IMG/VR virus record: IMGVR_UViG_3300031364_000001
Coordinates: 1,007-65,006 of that record
Source: a virus
Taxonomy: Duplodnaviria > Caudoviricetes
DNA length: 64,000 bases
Strand: one strand, 5' to 3'
Shown: positions 38,068-49,026 of the stretch, piece by piece
Numbering within the stretch: position 1 is the first letter of the stretch
How the letters are laid out: each line of letters starts with the position of its first letter
The notes under the pieces: generated by a model
Told to the model about the DNA's origin: nothing
The model's database searches: none
Seen by the model: only the letters and a program-made list of their open reading frames with translations
Program-made: the position numbers and the translations under genes

Positions 38068-38310
38068 TTACTCCTTAATTAAATCATAAATTAATCTTAT
38101 TGCCATAGCAGCAACTTGAATTGCTTCTATCCGAATTTTATTTTTACTTTGTTTTTTATTTTTTATTTCCTCCCATAATTCATCAACTTCTTCTTTTAAT
38201 ATTGCATAACCTTCATGAAAACTATTAAAAGTATCAAACTTTACTATAGCTTCAGTTAATTCAATGTGAACGTCTGATAATATGCTTAATGCTTTATCTG
38301 TTATTTTCAT
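38068..38310 (-). CDS. MazG-like nucleotide pyrophosphohydrolase
   Basis: F.S.HEGYAILKEEVDELW.E....EAIQVAAMA. Confidence 0.7.
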   Translation of the reverse strand: MKITDKALSILSDVHIELTEAIVKFDTFNSFHEGYAILKEEVDELWEEIKNKKQSKNKIRIEAIQVAAMAIRLIYDLIKE

Positions 38311-39581
38311 CTATTACTCCTTTATTTTCTTAAATAAATTTTTAAAATCTTTTTTAGGATAAACCATTTTAAAAACTCTTTTTTCATTTTCTTTTGTAAC
38401 TATCATATCATTCTTATTTACTTGAATCCAATCTAAAATAGGGTAAGTAATTAATACTATATATTTTTTAAGTTTAAAACCTAAAAATTTTCTAACTTCT
38501 ATCCTATCTTCCATTCCTTTTTTAAACTTTTCTGCTGATACTATTAAATCACATTTTTTATGTTTATATTTTTTTATCATTTAACTTTCCAATTTTTGAA
38601 AACTAAGTAATAATAAAGCAGTAACTTTTTGAGTTTCTATTACTTCTTTATTTAATAAATCATACAAATATTTTTCTGCTCTTTGAACATCTTCTAAACT
38701 TTTAATTTCAAAATCTAAATTTAAAGCATCTGAACTATAACTATCCCATTGCTTTACAACCTTTTCATTTTTCTCATTAAATGTTTCTTCTATTCTGTGG
38801 TATTTATAAGCTATAAAATATTTCATTTTATTATTTTCCTTATTTCTATACCATTATTTACTTCAATTACCTGTAAATCATTCTTTTCACATTCAATTTT
38901 TATATAATTTATTATTTCAGAAATTTTAATTTTATAAATAGGTTCTACTATTGTGTTTTCTTTTTTTGCAAATATAGGTAAAATTATTTCTTGATTATTA
39001 GGTAACCTTTTGATTTCAGGTAATTGATTAATTGTTAATTTCATTGCTTAATCCCCCTTAAACTTCCATCTTCCATTCTTTTATATCCAGAAGCCATTTT
39101 AAATACTTCATATTTCATATTACATTTAGGACATCTAATAAATCTTTTTCTTTTTTTATATTCTACTTTTTGCTCTTCTAAAATAATTTCTATTTTGCAT
39201 TTAGAACAATTAAATTTCATATTATATTCCTTATATTAATTTTAAATTTATTTCACTTCTAAAATTTATTATTCTTTTTTTCCAATCAAAAATTGCTCCA
39301 TACCATTCTAATTCAGGATAACGCATCCGAAAAATAACTTTAAAAATATGTATAAATTCAGAAAAACAAATTAAAGTTTTATCATAATAAAATAAACTTA
39401 AAATATATAATAAAAATAAATCTTTAATAAATAATTTTTCTAATTCTTTTCTTTGTATTCCAACAATGCAATCTTTTCTACATATTTTATAAATTTTTTT
39501 TATTTTCTCATAAGCTATAAAAATATCTTTATCAATTTTCATTTTCATTTTTTTAACTCCTTACTTTATTATAATACTTTT

Positions 39582-40592
39582 TTATCCTAAAATATTTTCA
39601 GAAGTTTTATTTATTTCATTTACTAACGATTCAAAATTAGCATAAGAAGTACACCTACAATTAATATCTTCCCCAGGAGGTAATTGAACTCCACCTATCG
39701 AACTTCTACTTTTCCAAGTTCTACCATTATCATCTGAATATAAAGAAGGATCATCTAATCTACATAATTTATTTTCCATAACTGCATGAGAAGGCCGTAC
39801 TCTTTCATCTTTACTTGTAATCCATATATAAGTTTCTATGCCGGCATCTCTCATTCTTTGTTCTGCTAATTGATTATTTATTTTATTTATCTGATCTTTT
39901 GCAATTAGATTTGTTCTATAATCTGAAAATGTTTTATTTATACTTTTTAATTTAGTCTGTAATTCTGATACTGATAAACCTTTTGCATTTTCTGATAATA
40001 TAGTATCAACTATTTTTTTTCTATATTCATCTGTTAATCCTTTTATTAGATTAACATTTCTATTTACCCAAAAATTTAAAATAGAATTTTCCCATTTTTC
40101 ATAAATAAAAGGTTCAAAATTAAATTGCTGATTTACTATTTTTGTCCATTGATTTCTATTAAATAGAGAAATTAAAACTCCCATACTCAATAAAGTTCTT
40201 TTTAAACTATCTTTTTCTTCTTCAAATACTTTTTCATATTCATTTACATTTATATTTTCTAATTCTTCTTCCCAAGCATCATTTTGTAAATATTTCCAAG
40301 CCTCATCCTCTTCTTTTGTATTCCAGATTCTATCCAAACTTGACATAGGCATCATATAAACATCATTCTTTATACTTTTAACTTCTTTATTCCAATTTTC
40401 TAACAATGGAAATATACTTTCTGTAATTGCTATATATTTATTAAGAATAATTAATATTATTTTTCGATATTGTCTATAATAAGCAGTAGGAATTATCCAA
40501 TTAGATAATTTTTTAACTTTTAATTTTCTTTTTGATTTTAATTTTTCATTTAAAATTTGCTGTTTAAAAATCTCTTTTGTTTCTAAACTCAA
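39582..40592 (-). CDS. head morphogenesis protein (SPP1 gp7 / Mu gpF)
   Basis: LIAKDQ..K.N, Y.W.TS.DERVR.SH, PG.DINCRC. Confidence 0.9.
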   Translation of the reverse strand: MSLETKEIFKQQILNEKLKSKRKLKVKKLSNWIIPTAYYRQYRKIILIILNKYIAITESIFPLLENWNKEVKSIKNDVYMMPMSSLDRIWNTKEEDEAWKYLQNDAWEEELENINVNEYEKVFEEEKDSLKRTLLSMGVLISLFNRNQWTKIVNQQFNFEPFIYEKWENSILNFWVNRNVNLIKGLTDEYRKKIVDTILSENAKGLSVSELQTKLKSINKTFSDYRTNLIAKDQINKINNQLAEQRMRDAGIETYIWITSKDERVRPSHAVMENKLCRLDDPSLYSDDNGRTWKSRSSIGGVQLPPGEDINCRCTSYANFESLVNEINKTSENILG

Positions 40593-40605
40593 TTAGATTT
40601 CCTTT

Positions 40606-40959
40606 TTATTCATTCCAATATTTTTTAGCAAAACTTTTTGCAAATTTTTCAACCCATTCTTGACAGCAAGCATTTCCTAAATCATATCCAGCTTCTTCAC
40701 TTTTACACCATTTATATTTTTCAATTTCATCAATTTGTAAACGCATAAATCTTTTAAAATTTATTTCATCGTTTTTTATAATTTTATTTTCTAAATATTT
40801 TATATAATTTTGGGATTGTCTATCTCCACATAAATTATCATATTTATCAATATTATTTAAATTACAATTATAATCTTCCCTTAATTTCTCTATTTTCGAT
40901 CGCATTTTTATCATCCTGCTTATCGTATAGCTTATAGATTTCATCTTCACATTGTTCAC
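40606..40959 (-). CDS. DUF4032-like protein
   Basis: EI.KYKW..SE.AG.D.G....EW..K. Confidence 0.55.
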   Translation of the reverse strand: MNNVKMKSISYTISRMIKMRSKIEKLREDYNCNLNNIDKYDNLCGDRQSQNYIKYLENKIIKNDEINFKRFMRLQIDEIEKYKWCKSEEAGYDLGNACCQEWVEKFAKSFAKKYWNE

Positions 40960-41052
40960 ATATCATTTTATTTTTTTGTGCTATTCTTATATTGCAAATT
41001 ACACAATTCATTTTTCTATTTCTTCTAAATTATTATTTTGATTATTATTTAA

Positions 41053-42519
41053 TTATTGCATTTTTAACTCTTCCATTTGTCTTTTTAATTCTTCATTTTC
41101 CATTTGCATTTCTGATTCCCTATTTAATAAATCAATAGTAGTATCATAAGAATAAGAATCTCCACCGAAACGAGCTTCTGCAACTTCATCAGGAGTTAAT
41201 ACACCAGTATTAATATATATTTGATCTTGTTCTGCCTGTAATTTTTTACATTCCAATTCTTCTTTTTGAGTTAATTGAAATAACGAATTATAAATTATAT
41301 TAGGTTCTTGTATTTTATTTTTTAATGCTATATTAACATAATTTATTAATTTCATTAAATTTTTAGACATCAAATTTTCTTGATAACTTTTTACACTATC
41401 ATAGTAATTTTTTAAATCACCTTCACCTGTAGCATTTTCTCCTGCTGCTGATCTTCCAAATAACTTAGTTACAGCATAATCATAAACGCCGGCTACCATC
41501 ATCATATACCTATCTAATAAATCAGATAATCCTGATACATTAGCAGAATCCCTTTGATAATCATCCTGAGAATCTAATAGAACGCCTTGAATTGTGCTTT
41601 TTGCTAATTCTATAATACCTAATATTTCGTCTACTTGTTGTTTTTTCCCTTCTGAAATTAAAGTTTGTAAACCATCTATTTTATATTTTCCAATAATAAA
41701 CTCATAAAGTATTTTTACTATATGATTAAAACTAGCACATAAATTTTTTAATTCATTCCAACCATGTTGTAATTCAGACATCCCCCAAAAATAGAAATTG
41801 CCTGATTCTATTCTTTTTGGTACTGGTATTCCTTTCCAAATTAAACATCTTGAAACATGAGCATTAAAAGGGGTTCCATAAGGTGGTTGGATTGTTATAT
41901 ATTCTAGCTCCCCAAAATTAGCAGAGCCTTTATCTTTATTATAATGAAATTCTGTAATTGAACAATCTGTTCTATCATAAGTTTCTAGCCAGTCTATACT
42001 TTTTATTTTATTTATATTTACTTCTTCTTCTAATTTTCCACCATCATTTATTCCTAATACATTTATACCACCGCCAAAATGACTCCTCCATTTTAAACCT
42101 AAATTAATATGATATTTTGTATCAATATTTTTCATATAATTTATAATATCATTATCAGGATCATTTTCTATTCTAATCCATTGCCTTGTCATATCATCAC
42201 AACGTACTGCTGTAATTTTATGAGCAAAACCTCCAGAAACCCATAATTCTGATAGCATTTGATCGTCTAGTATTTCATAACCTGAAAAAGTGGTATATCT
42301 GGATTTATCAAATCTTTGGCCTAGTCCAGTCATTATATTAGACCAGTTATCTGCTCGATTGCTTTTATTTTCTGGTTTTGGATTTTCTCTAAAAGGAGTT
42401 AAATTTATAATATCTTTTTTTTCTATTGCTTTTATAACTTTTGTTGCATCATTTTTTAATTGGTTATATTTTTTCATATCCTGAGGAATGTTAGAATCAA
42501 ACTTTTTATATATCGGCAT
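41053..42519 (-). CDS. portal protein (DUF1073 family)
   Basis: DMTRQW, H.SR, WG.S.L, TKLFG.SA.G.NATGEGD.KNYYD. Confidence 0.92.
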   Translation of the reverse strand: MPIYKKFDSNIPQDMKKYNQLKNDATKVIKAIEKKDIINLTPFRENPKPENKSNRADNWSNIMTGLGQRFDKSRYTTFSGYEILDDQMLSELWVSGGFAHKITAVRCDDMTRQWIRIENDPDNDIINYMKNIDTKYHINLGLKWRSHFGGGINVLGINDGGKLEEEVNINKIKSIDWLETYDRTDCSITEFHYNKDKGSANFGELEYITIQPPYGTPFNAHVSRCLIWKGIPVPKRIESGNFYFWGMSELQHGWNELKNLCASFNHIVKILYEFIIGKYKIDGLQTLISEGKKQQVDEILGIIELAKSTIQGVLLDSQDDYQRDSANVSGLSDLLDRYMMMVAGVYDYAVTKLFGRSAAGENATGEGDLKNYYDSVKSYQENLMSKNLMKLINYVNIALKNKIQEPNIIYNSLFQLTQKEELECKKLQAEQDQIYINTGVLTPDEVAEARFGGDSYSYDTTIDLLNRESEMQMENEELKRQMEELKMQ

Positions 42520-42649
42520 TTGTACTCCAAAATAAATTATCTAAATAAAATCCCGAATACCGAAATATTCGGGGATATATCCATATAGGATATACGATAA
42601 TATTCATTATTATAATAAATTTTTATAAAAAAATAAAGTAAAATTATTT

Positions 42650-43132
42650 TTATTTTAAAGGATCAAGCCATTTCTTTACATCATCTTCTTTTTTAACATA
42701 ACCCCATTTTGTTTTTGGTAATCCTTCACCTTCATATTTTCCAAAATGTAAATGAGGCAATAAAAAATTCTGATTTCTAAACTCTGCAACCTCCCCTATT
42801 TTATCACCTTTTTTAACTTTACTATCTTTTTTTAAATCTCTCTTTATATGTCCATATAAAGTACAATAATTTTCATGTTGTATTATTATTACGCCTCCAG
42901 GACTATGCGGATTCATAGAACCAAAACCATTTACTTGCCCTGAAAATATTATTATTCCATCATCAACTGCAAATACTTCTGTTCCTATAGGACAATCAAA
43001 ATCATGCCCTACATGCCAACCTGCATCTTTATAATATCTTCCAAACTTTCTGAACCTTCCTTTATCAATGTTTACTGGATTCATCTTTTTTCTCCTTTCT
43101 ATAATTAAAAAAATATTATTAATATTTATCAA
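42650..43132 (-). CDS. M23 family peptidase
   Basis: H.G.DF, GT.V.A..DG, YGH, V..G..IG, PHLHF. Confidence 0.88.
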   Translation of the reverse strand: MININNIFLIIERRKKMNPVNIDKGRFRKFGRYYKDAGWHVGHDFDCPIGTEVFAVDDGIIIFSGQVNGFGSMNPHSPGGVIIIQHENYCTLYGHIKRDLKKDSKVKKGDKIGEVAEFRNQNFLLPHLHFGKYEGEGLPKTKWGYVKKEDDVKKWLDPLK

Positions 43133-43362
43133 ATATCTAATGAAAAAAATACTTCCATTAAATCTGCATCAATTTGATCGCGACTATTAATTTGTAAAGA
43201 TTCAGAATATCCACAGCATTTAAATTTATTATTATTTTTTGACCAAAATCCAGCAGCTATTATTTCACCCATCTTTTTAAAAGAATTATGTTTTATAGCA
43301 TTGGGAAATAATATAGGTTGTTCCCCATATTCAAATTTAACAATTATATATTTACCTTTCAT
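43129..43362 (-). CDS. hypothetical phage protein
   Basis: PILFP..I.H...AGF...C.G.SESL...SR..D. Confidence 0.6.
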   Translation of the reverse strand: MKGKYIIVKFEYGEQPILFPNAIKHNSFKKMGEIIAAGFWSKNNNKFKCCGYSESLQINSRDQIDADLMEVFFSLDI

Positions 43363-43418
43363 TTTTTTAACTCCTTACTATATTATAATACTTTTTTATA
43401 TAAAAAATATAATATTTT

Positions 43419-45872
43419 TTACCACGCCCATCTACTCATATCTACATGAGGTTTATCAAATTTCTGTCTACATAAACTGGAAAAATTATCTGCACAATCA
43501 TCTGGCTCTTGTCCTTCCTGATAATCTAAAATTTGACTAATATATTCAGGATCGGTATCTATATCCCAGTCTATATTTTTCCAATGTTTATATCCATAAG
43601 TTTCTATTTTAATACCTTTATTCATACTTTCATGATATGTCTCTACTTTTACACCTTTTTTCGCTAACTCTTTTGCTAAATAACCTTTATCGGCATTATC
43701 TTCTAAATATAGAGTACCACAAAAATATTTTTTCCATTTCTCATATACAAAATCTAATTTATCGTCTATATGTTCGTGAAAGCAAAATCCTATTGCTTGA
43801 ATCCTGCCATCTTTTTTCTTAGCCATAAAACATAAACCATTTGTATGATTACCTGAATACTTTGCATCTAAATGTCCATATACTCCAACCTTAATAAACA
43901 CATCCCATTTTGCCCAACTTGCCTCTTGAAACATTTGACTATCTGATGCTATATGTCTTAATTCATGATTAGCTGCATAACTTACTGGCGTTAATTCTCT
44001 TTTTTTTTCTTCTTTTTCTTTTTCTGTTAATATATCTAACATATTAATATCAAATTTTAAAGTAGATGGACATATTATCCATGCATCTTCTCTATGCCAA
44101 GGCGTTCCAGATAATCCAATTTGTTTCCCTGGATCTAAAATATTATTCATTATATCTTCTAATCTTAATTTAGTTTTTTCTCTCTCTGCTTTTGATACCT
44201 TATCATCCAAAGTTACAAAATCATCAGCTTGTATAAAATCAAAGTGCTTACCTGTCATATCTTGTATAACCCCATAAGCATTTATATTGCCTTCTGGGGT
44301 ATAAGTTTTTTTAAAATTAAATGTTAATATATTATCTCTTTTTGTAACCGGTTTAGGATAAAATCCATGTGCTATTTTAAATAATTCTTGTACTTCCGGT
44401 ACTAACATTGCCTGTCTAATAGTTTGTAATAGTAAGCTAGCCTTTGTAAAGTTTTTTTGTACTAAACAAATTCTAATATTAGGTTCAAATAATAATCTCT
44501 CTATTGACCCTATCGGAGATAAAGCGGTTGTATTGTGTGTTACTGTCAATTCATTCCCAACTAAATAAAGGCCATCTTCACTATTTACTTTTATACAATT
44601 TGTTGGTATAGTGAGGGTTTTATCTACAGATATAATATATTTATCTTTAAATGTTCGAGAACCATCTAAACATTTATCTAATTTTCTTTTTAATCTAAAA
44701 GGTTTATCTTTTTTATAAGCCCTAAATGCTACATTATAATATGTATAATCTCTTCCCAACGATTTATAAAAATATGTGTATTTATTAAATCTAGGGGCTA
44801 ATCCCAAACTATAAGATAAACGTAAAACATCTTTTGCTAATTTTTCATATTTTGTATTAAATATAGCATTTCCACCTTTATTACAAGACCCATCTGTATC
44901 CATTAATCCTTGTAATAATAAAGAACGTTGATCGATACTTGATATATGATATAATTCAGGAATATGTTTATTTTTAAGTAAATTCAATTTATGTAATTCT
45001 GTTGTTAAATTTTTTATTCTATATGTAGCAACATTTTTATTTCTTTTATCATAAAACATAGAACTAACCACATTTCCATCTTTTTCTATATCTTGTATAA
45101 TTTGGTAATCTTCCCTATGTCCAGTAAGCCTCCCTCCTTCGGAATGCCCGTCACCTAACCATACACCTAATAAATAAGGATTTATAGGTAAATCTTTATT
45201 AGAAAATTCTACAGCTTTATTTAATTTAACAGATAATCTATTATCTGGCTTATGAATATGTCCACTAAGTTCTTTAGTAGATGTAATTATATATTTTCTT
45301 TTTCTAGTTCTTATTTCTTTTCCATTTTCCTTTCTTGATGTCCATTTTAATACACCAACTTCCCATAAATGCCCTTCACCACATATAATACTATGACTAT
45401 CACTAAAAACAATATTATAACAATTATTATAAAATATTTCAGAAACACCAACTATTTCTATAGGCTTACCAGTAGGAGAAAAAACTTTATCTCCAACTTT
45501 TAAATCACCATGTTTTTTAAATCCAGTGGTCGTTAATACAGGCTCATTAATATCTATATCTTTATAACTTCCACGATGAGCTTGTAATGATCTTTTTGGA
45601 TTTTTTAATAATTCTAATAATATTTCTTCTGTTAAATAATGTCTTTCTAGTTTATTCCTATCATTTTTTATTTCATAACATTTACCTAAACTATTAAAAA
45701 AGTTTAGCATATCTTTTAGATTTTCATTATCATTTTTAGTAAAGTATTCTACCGGATACCATAAATATTTTATCCAATAACTATGAATTTTAGTTAATTT
45801 ATTTTTATTTATTAATCTTCCCAACTTATGAGGATTGTCTATTATATCTTTTAATATTTCTTCATTTGTCAT
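43419..45872 (-). CDS. terL: terminase large subunit containing an intein
   Basis: Walker A HRGSYK/TT interrupted; G.HFD.I.ADD; GTPWH..D; nuclease domain with DD.AD. Confidence 0.9.
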   Translation of the reverse strand: MTNEEILKDIIDNPHKLGRLINKNKLTKIHSYWIKYLWYPVEYFTKNDNENLKDMLNFFNSLGKCYEIKNDRNKLERHYLTEEILLELLKNPKRSLQAHRGSYKDIDINEPVLTTTGFKKHGDLKVGDKVFSPTGKPIEIVGVSEIFYNNCYNIVFSDSHSIICGEGHLWEVGVLKWTSRKENGKEIRTRKRKYIITSTKELSGHIHKPDNRLSVKLNKAVEFSNKDLPINPYLLGVWLGDGHSEGGRLTGHREDYQIIQDIEKDGNVVSSMFYDKRNKNVATYRIKNLTTELHKLNLLKNKHIPELYHISSIDQRSLLLQGLMDTDGSCNKGGNAIFNTKYEKLAKDVLRLSYSLGLAPRFNKYTYFYKSLGRDYTYYNVAFRAYKKDKPFRLKRKLDKCLDGSRTFKDKYIISVDKTLTIPTNCIKVNSEDGLYLVGNELTVTHNTTALSPIGSIERLLFEPNIRICLVQKNFTKASLLLQTIRQAMLVPEVQELFKIAHGFYPKPVTKRDNILTFNFKKTYTPEGNINAYGVIQDMTGKHFDFIQADDFVTLDDKVSKAEREKTKLRLEDIMNNILDPGKQIGLSGTPWHREDAWIICPSTLKFDINMLDILTEKEKEEKKRELTPVSYAANHELRHIASDSQMFQEASWAKWDVFIKVGVYGHLDAKYSGNHTNGLCFMAKKKDGRIQAIGFCFHEHIDDKLDFVYEKWKKYFCGTLYLEDNADKGYLAKELAKKGVKVETYHESMNKGIKIETYGYKHWKNIDWDIDTDPEYISQILDYQEGQEPDDCADNFSSLCRQKFDKPHVDMSRWAW
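44532..45560 (-). mobile_element. class 3-type intein with LAGLIDADG endonuclease in TerL
   Basis: Begins DIDINEPVLT, has GHLW and TNCIKV, ends VTHN/T; LGVWLGDG and LQGLMDTDG. Confidence 0.88.
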
Positions 45873-45971
45873 TTATGCTTTCTAGTAATAAATCTTCAAT
45901 TTGATATAATTTTACTACTTTCATATCTAATTTATCTTTTTTTACATTTAGTACAAATTTTATATTCCAAA

Positions 45972-46580
45972 CTATTCTCCGCGAAGTTTATTTAATAAAG
46001 ATTTTAATGTTTCATCAGTTAAAGTATTCTCATTATTCTTATCTTCTTTAACCATATTTATATACTTCATTAATGTTTGCATAGCAAATTCCTTACCCAT
46101 TAACTCTACTGTTAATACTCTAACCCCTGCATCTTTTCCATAATATTTAGGTTCTATCTTTTTTATACATTGTCTCAAATATTTTGGTATATCTGATAAT
46201 CTCTTTTTTAAATTTCCCTGCTCATCTACATAATCTAAAATATCAGATTCAAGTATTGCTTTTAACTTTTTAAATATGTTATATTCTAATTTTTCTTTTT
46301 CTTTTCCTAACTCATTTTCTATCACAATTTTAATTGCTTCTCTAATTTTAATACTCGATAATAATAAACTGCACCTTACATCTATTCCTTTTTCAGAATA
46401 TCCCGCCATTTTAGCTGCTTTTGTATGATTTTCATTAGTCATTATATAATAAAATGCAAATTTTCTTTGTTTTAAAGTTAATTCTAAATCTTTTTTATCT
46501 AAATAGTAAGTCCTTTCTTTAAATTTAGTATTATTAAATTCTACTGTATTTTCTAACTCTTTTTCTATATTATTTTTCAT
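45972..46580 (-). CDS. terS: terminase small subunit
   Basis: LT.KQ.KF..YY....N.T.AA..AGYS. Confidence 0.85.
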   Translation of the reverse strand: MKNNIEKELENTVEFNNTKFKERTYYLDKKDLELTLKQRKFAFYYIMTNENHTKAAKMAGYSEKGIDVRCSLLLSSIKIREAIKIVIENELGKEKEKLEYNIFKKLKAILESDILDYVDEQGNLKKRLSDIPKYLRQCIKKIEPKYYGKDAGVRVLTVELMGKEFAMQTLMKYINMVKEDKNNENTLTDETLKSLLNKLRGE

Positions 46581-46910
46581 ATATCTTATCCTTATTATCT
46601 AACATTTCTATTAATTCTTTTAATTGAGTTATATAATTTAAAATATGTCCTGAATAATTTTGATATGGTTTAGAACATTCTATATTTTTTATATTTTCCC
46701 TTATTTCTTCTTCTCTTGATTGTTTTATATAACCTTTTTCTTTCCATTCTTTAATAATTTCACGTTTTGCCCAAGTTTCTATTAAATTATATACTGACGT
46801 ATTATCTAATAATAGATTAGCAAAATTTTCAGTTATTTGTTCTTTCATATTAACCTCATAATTTTAATTATATTATTTTTATTTAAAAAAATAAAGTACT
46901 TTCTTAAATA

Positions 46911-46937
46911 AAAAGACAGAGCTTTTATACTCTGTCT
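46911..46937 (-). terminator. intrinsic terminator
   Basis: AGACAGAG...CTCTGTCT-TTT. Confidence 0.6.
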
Positions 46938-46946
46938 AATTTCCTC

Positions 46947-47390
46947 TTAATTTAATTTTATTTCTTTTTCTTCTTTTTCAATAAATGGGATAATAGCTTT
47001 TTGAGCATTTCCCTGCATTCTATTATCTAACCATTCTTCTTTAATTTCCCATCCTTCAATTTCAATTTCTTCTTTTAAATAATTTTCTTTTTCTTCTGTT
47101 AATAATTTTATTTCTTTTTCAAATTCTTCATTCCCTTTTAATCCTTCATAAGAATTATTTTTAATAATAGGTTTATTATTCTCATCTTTTTCACAATACT
47201 TTTCACAAACAGCAATTCTTTTTTTATCTAATACTTCTAATTCTGTTTGAAATTCTTTTGCTAAATTAGAATATACTTCTTCAATTTTAATTACTGCATA
47301 ATTCAATTTAACAATATTTTCTTTTTGCAATAAACTTCTAATACCTCCTAAATTATTAATAATTTTTTCTCTTGATAATTTTACTTTCAT
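46947..47390 (-). CDS. hypothetical phage protein
   Basis: KY.EKDE...P motif; GGAGG RBS. Confidence 0.6.
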   Translation of the reverse strand: MKVKLSREKIINNLGGIRSLLQKENIVKLNYAVIKIEEVYSNLAKEFQTELEVLDKKRIAVCEKYCEKDENNKPIIKNNSYEGLKGNEEFEKEIKLLTEEKENYLKEEIEIEGWEIKEEWLDNRMQGNAQKAIIPFIEKEEKEIKLN

Positions 47391-47459
47391 TTAACCTCCT
47401 TTAAATTTTTATTTTATTTATAACAAATAAAATTATTATAGTAATACATATAATAATTG

Positions 47460-47828
47460 TTATTTCCATGATTTTTCCTCCTCATACTCTTCATTTGTTA
47501 TTATCTGACAATCAAATAATTCAATATCTAAATTTTTAACATTAAATCTTTCGCAAAATATTCTTATAGCTTCATTTTTATTTTTTGCTTTTATTACATC
47601 TTTTTTTCTTGATATTTCATTATGACTTATTCTATAATTTAACATAGTTATTCTCCAATTATATATTCTATTATTCCAATTTTCTATTAATTTATTATCT
47701 GTTTTATAATAACCAAATTTTCTAATAAAACAACATTCTATATAATAAAAACCTTTTCTAATTTTTATTGATGGATATCTACCACAAAATGGGCATGTTT
47801 TTATTATAATATTTTTAGTTATTGGCAT
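47460..47828 (-). CDS. Lar-like Zn-finger protein
   Basis: CPFCG...Y.EC...WN.R. Confidence 0.5.
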   Translation of the reverse strand: MPITKNIIIKTCPFCGRYPSIKIRKGFYYIECCFIRKFGYYKTDNKLIENWNNRIYNWRITMLNYRISHNEISRKKDVIKAKNKNEAIRIFCERFNVKNLDIELFDCQIITNEEYEEEKSWK

Positions 47829-48439
47829 ATACTTATACCATTTTTAATTTTCATCTTAAATAATTTATCTGCAATTTCATCAAAATTATCATTATCGCCT
47901 ATTATTATCAATTGCAGTTTTAATAATTTTGATACTTTTTTTATCATCTCATTTATATAGAATTTTAAATTTAATTGTTTCTCAGGATCATTTACATTTT
48001 TAAAAGGCTCATCAAATATTATACAATTATTTTTCTTATCTTGTAAACTCCAACAAGATAGCAATAAAGCAAAACTTGTAACATCCAAAACTCCACCGCC
48101 TTGTCCTAATAAAACATTGCTTATTTTATAACCATTCTGTATATAGAATAAATCACACTCGATTTGTGAACGTCTCTGTACAAATTCCATCTCAAAACTA
48201 TCAGGGGGATTTTCAAAAGGTATAGAAGATAATGCTAAATTAACTATGTCTGTAATAAAAAACTTAATTTCATTTTGAGTTTGTTGTGCTACAATTTGAA
48301 TTATATCCTGAGCTTTTAATAAATTCTCAAATTGTTTTTTATATTCTAATAATTGAGAATTTTTACTTTTTAAATCTTTTTTGATTATATCTTTTTCATA
48401 TTTTAATTTGTTTATTTTTTCTCTATATTGTTTAATCAT
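47819..48439 (-). CDS. SbcC/Rad50-like ATPase, C-terminal half
   Basis: Signature-like GQGGGVLD; Walker B IIFDEPF. Confidence 0.8.
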   Translation of the reverse strand: MIKQYREKINKLKYEKDIIKKDLKSKNSQLLEYKKQFENLLKAQDIIQIVAQQTQNEIKFFITDIVNLALSSIPFENPPDSFEMEFVQRRSQIECDLFYIQNGYKISNVLLGQGGGVLDVTSFALLLSCWSLQDKKNNCIIFDEPFKNVNDPEKQLNLKFYINEMIKKVSKLLKLQLIIIGDNDNFDEIADKLFKMKIKNGISICQ

Positions 48440-49023
48440 TATTTTAATCCTATTTTATTATATTTAGGTTTATGTTTTTTTATTAAAAACATTTCTAAAT
48501 CATCTAAACGATCTTTTGGAAAAAACATGAATTCGACATAATTAAATTTTTTATCCCTATCTAATATATGCGTTTGTATTCTATTAAATATAAATCTACT
48601 TTGACCTACATATACAACCTCTTCATCTTGATATAAAATATACACCCCAGAAAAACCATTCTCAAAAAAATCAATATCAATTTTTTTATTAGATTCAATA
48701 TTTTCAATAATAACTTGCTTATATTTAATCAGTTCTGCTATAATTTTCTTTAAGTCTTCTATTTCTTGTTTATATAAATCTTCTTGTCTTTTAAATTCAG
48801 ATTCCATACGATTTTTCCATACATCATTTTGTTCATTATGCAACATATCATACTTTTCGTTTATATATTGTTTTATATATATAAGATTATCACTTATAAA
48901 ATCTTCTATTAAATTATTAATATTTTTATTTAATTTTTTTAAATCTTTTTCATAATCCTCAACCAAAGGATTATCAAATCCCATTCTATGATATGGTAAA
49001 TTACTATATAGATTCTCATTCAT
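48439..49023 (-). CDS. GIY-YIG nuclease domain protein
   Basis: SGVYIL....VVYVGQS....RI..H...E..LI...KP.YN. Confidence 0.8.
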   Translation of the reverse strand: MNENLYSNLPYHRMGFDNPLVEDYEKDLKKLNKNINNLIEDFISDNLIYIKQYINEKYDMLHNEQNDVWKNRMESEFKRQEDLYKQEIEDLKKIIAELIKYKQVIIENIESNKKIDIDFFENGFSGVYILYQDEEVVYVGQSRFIFNRIQTHILDRDKKFNYVEFMFFPKDRLDDLEMFLIKKHKPKYNKIGLK

Positions 49024-49026
49024 TTT

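Noticed and set aside
42551-42595. Two small hairpins upstream of the portal gene as an ncRNA
   Set aside because: Short, with no recognisable family; more simply a leader or terminator structure
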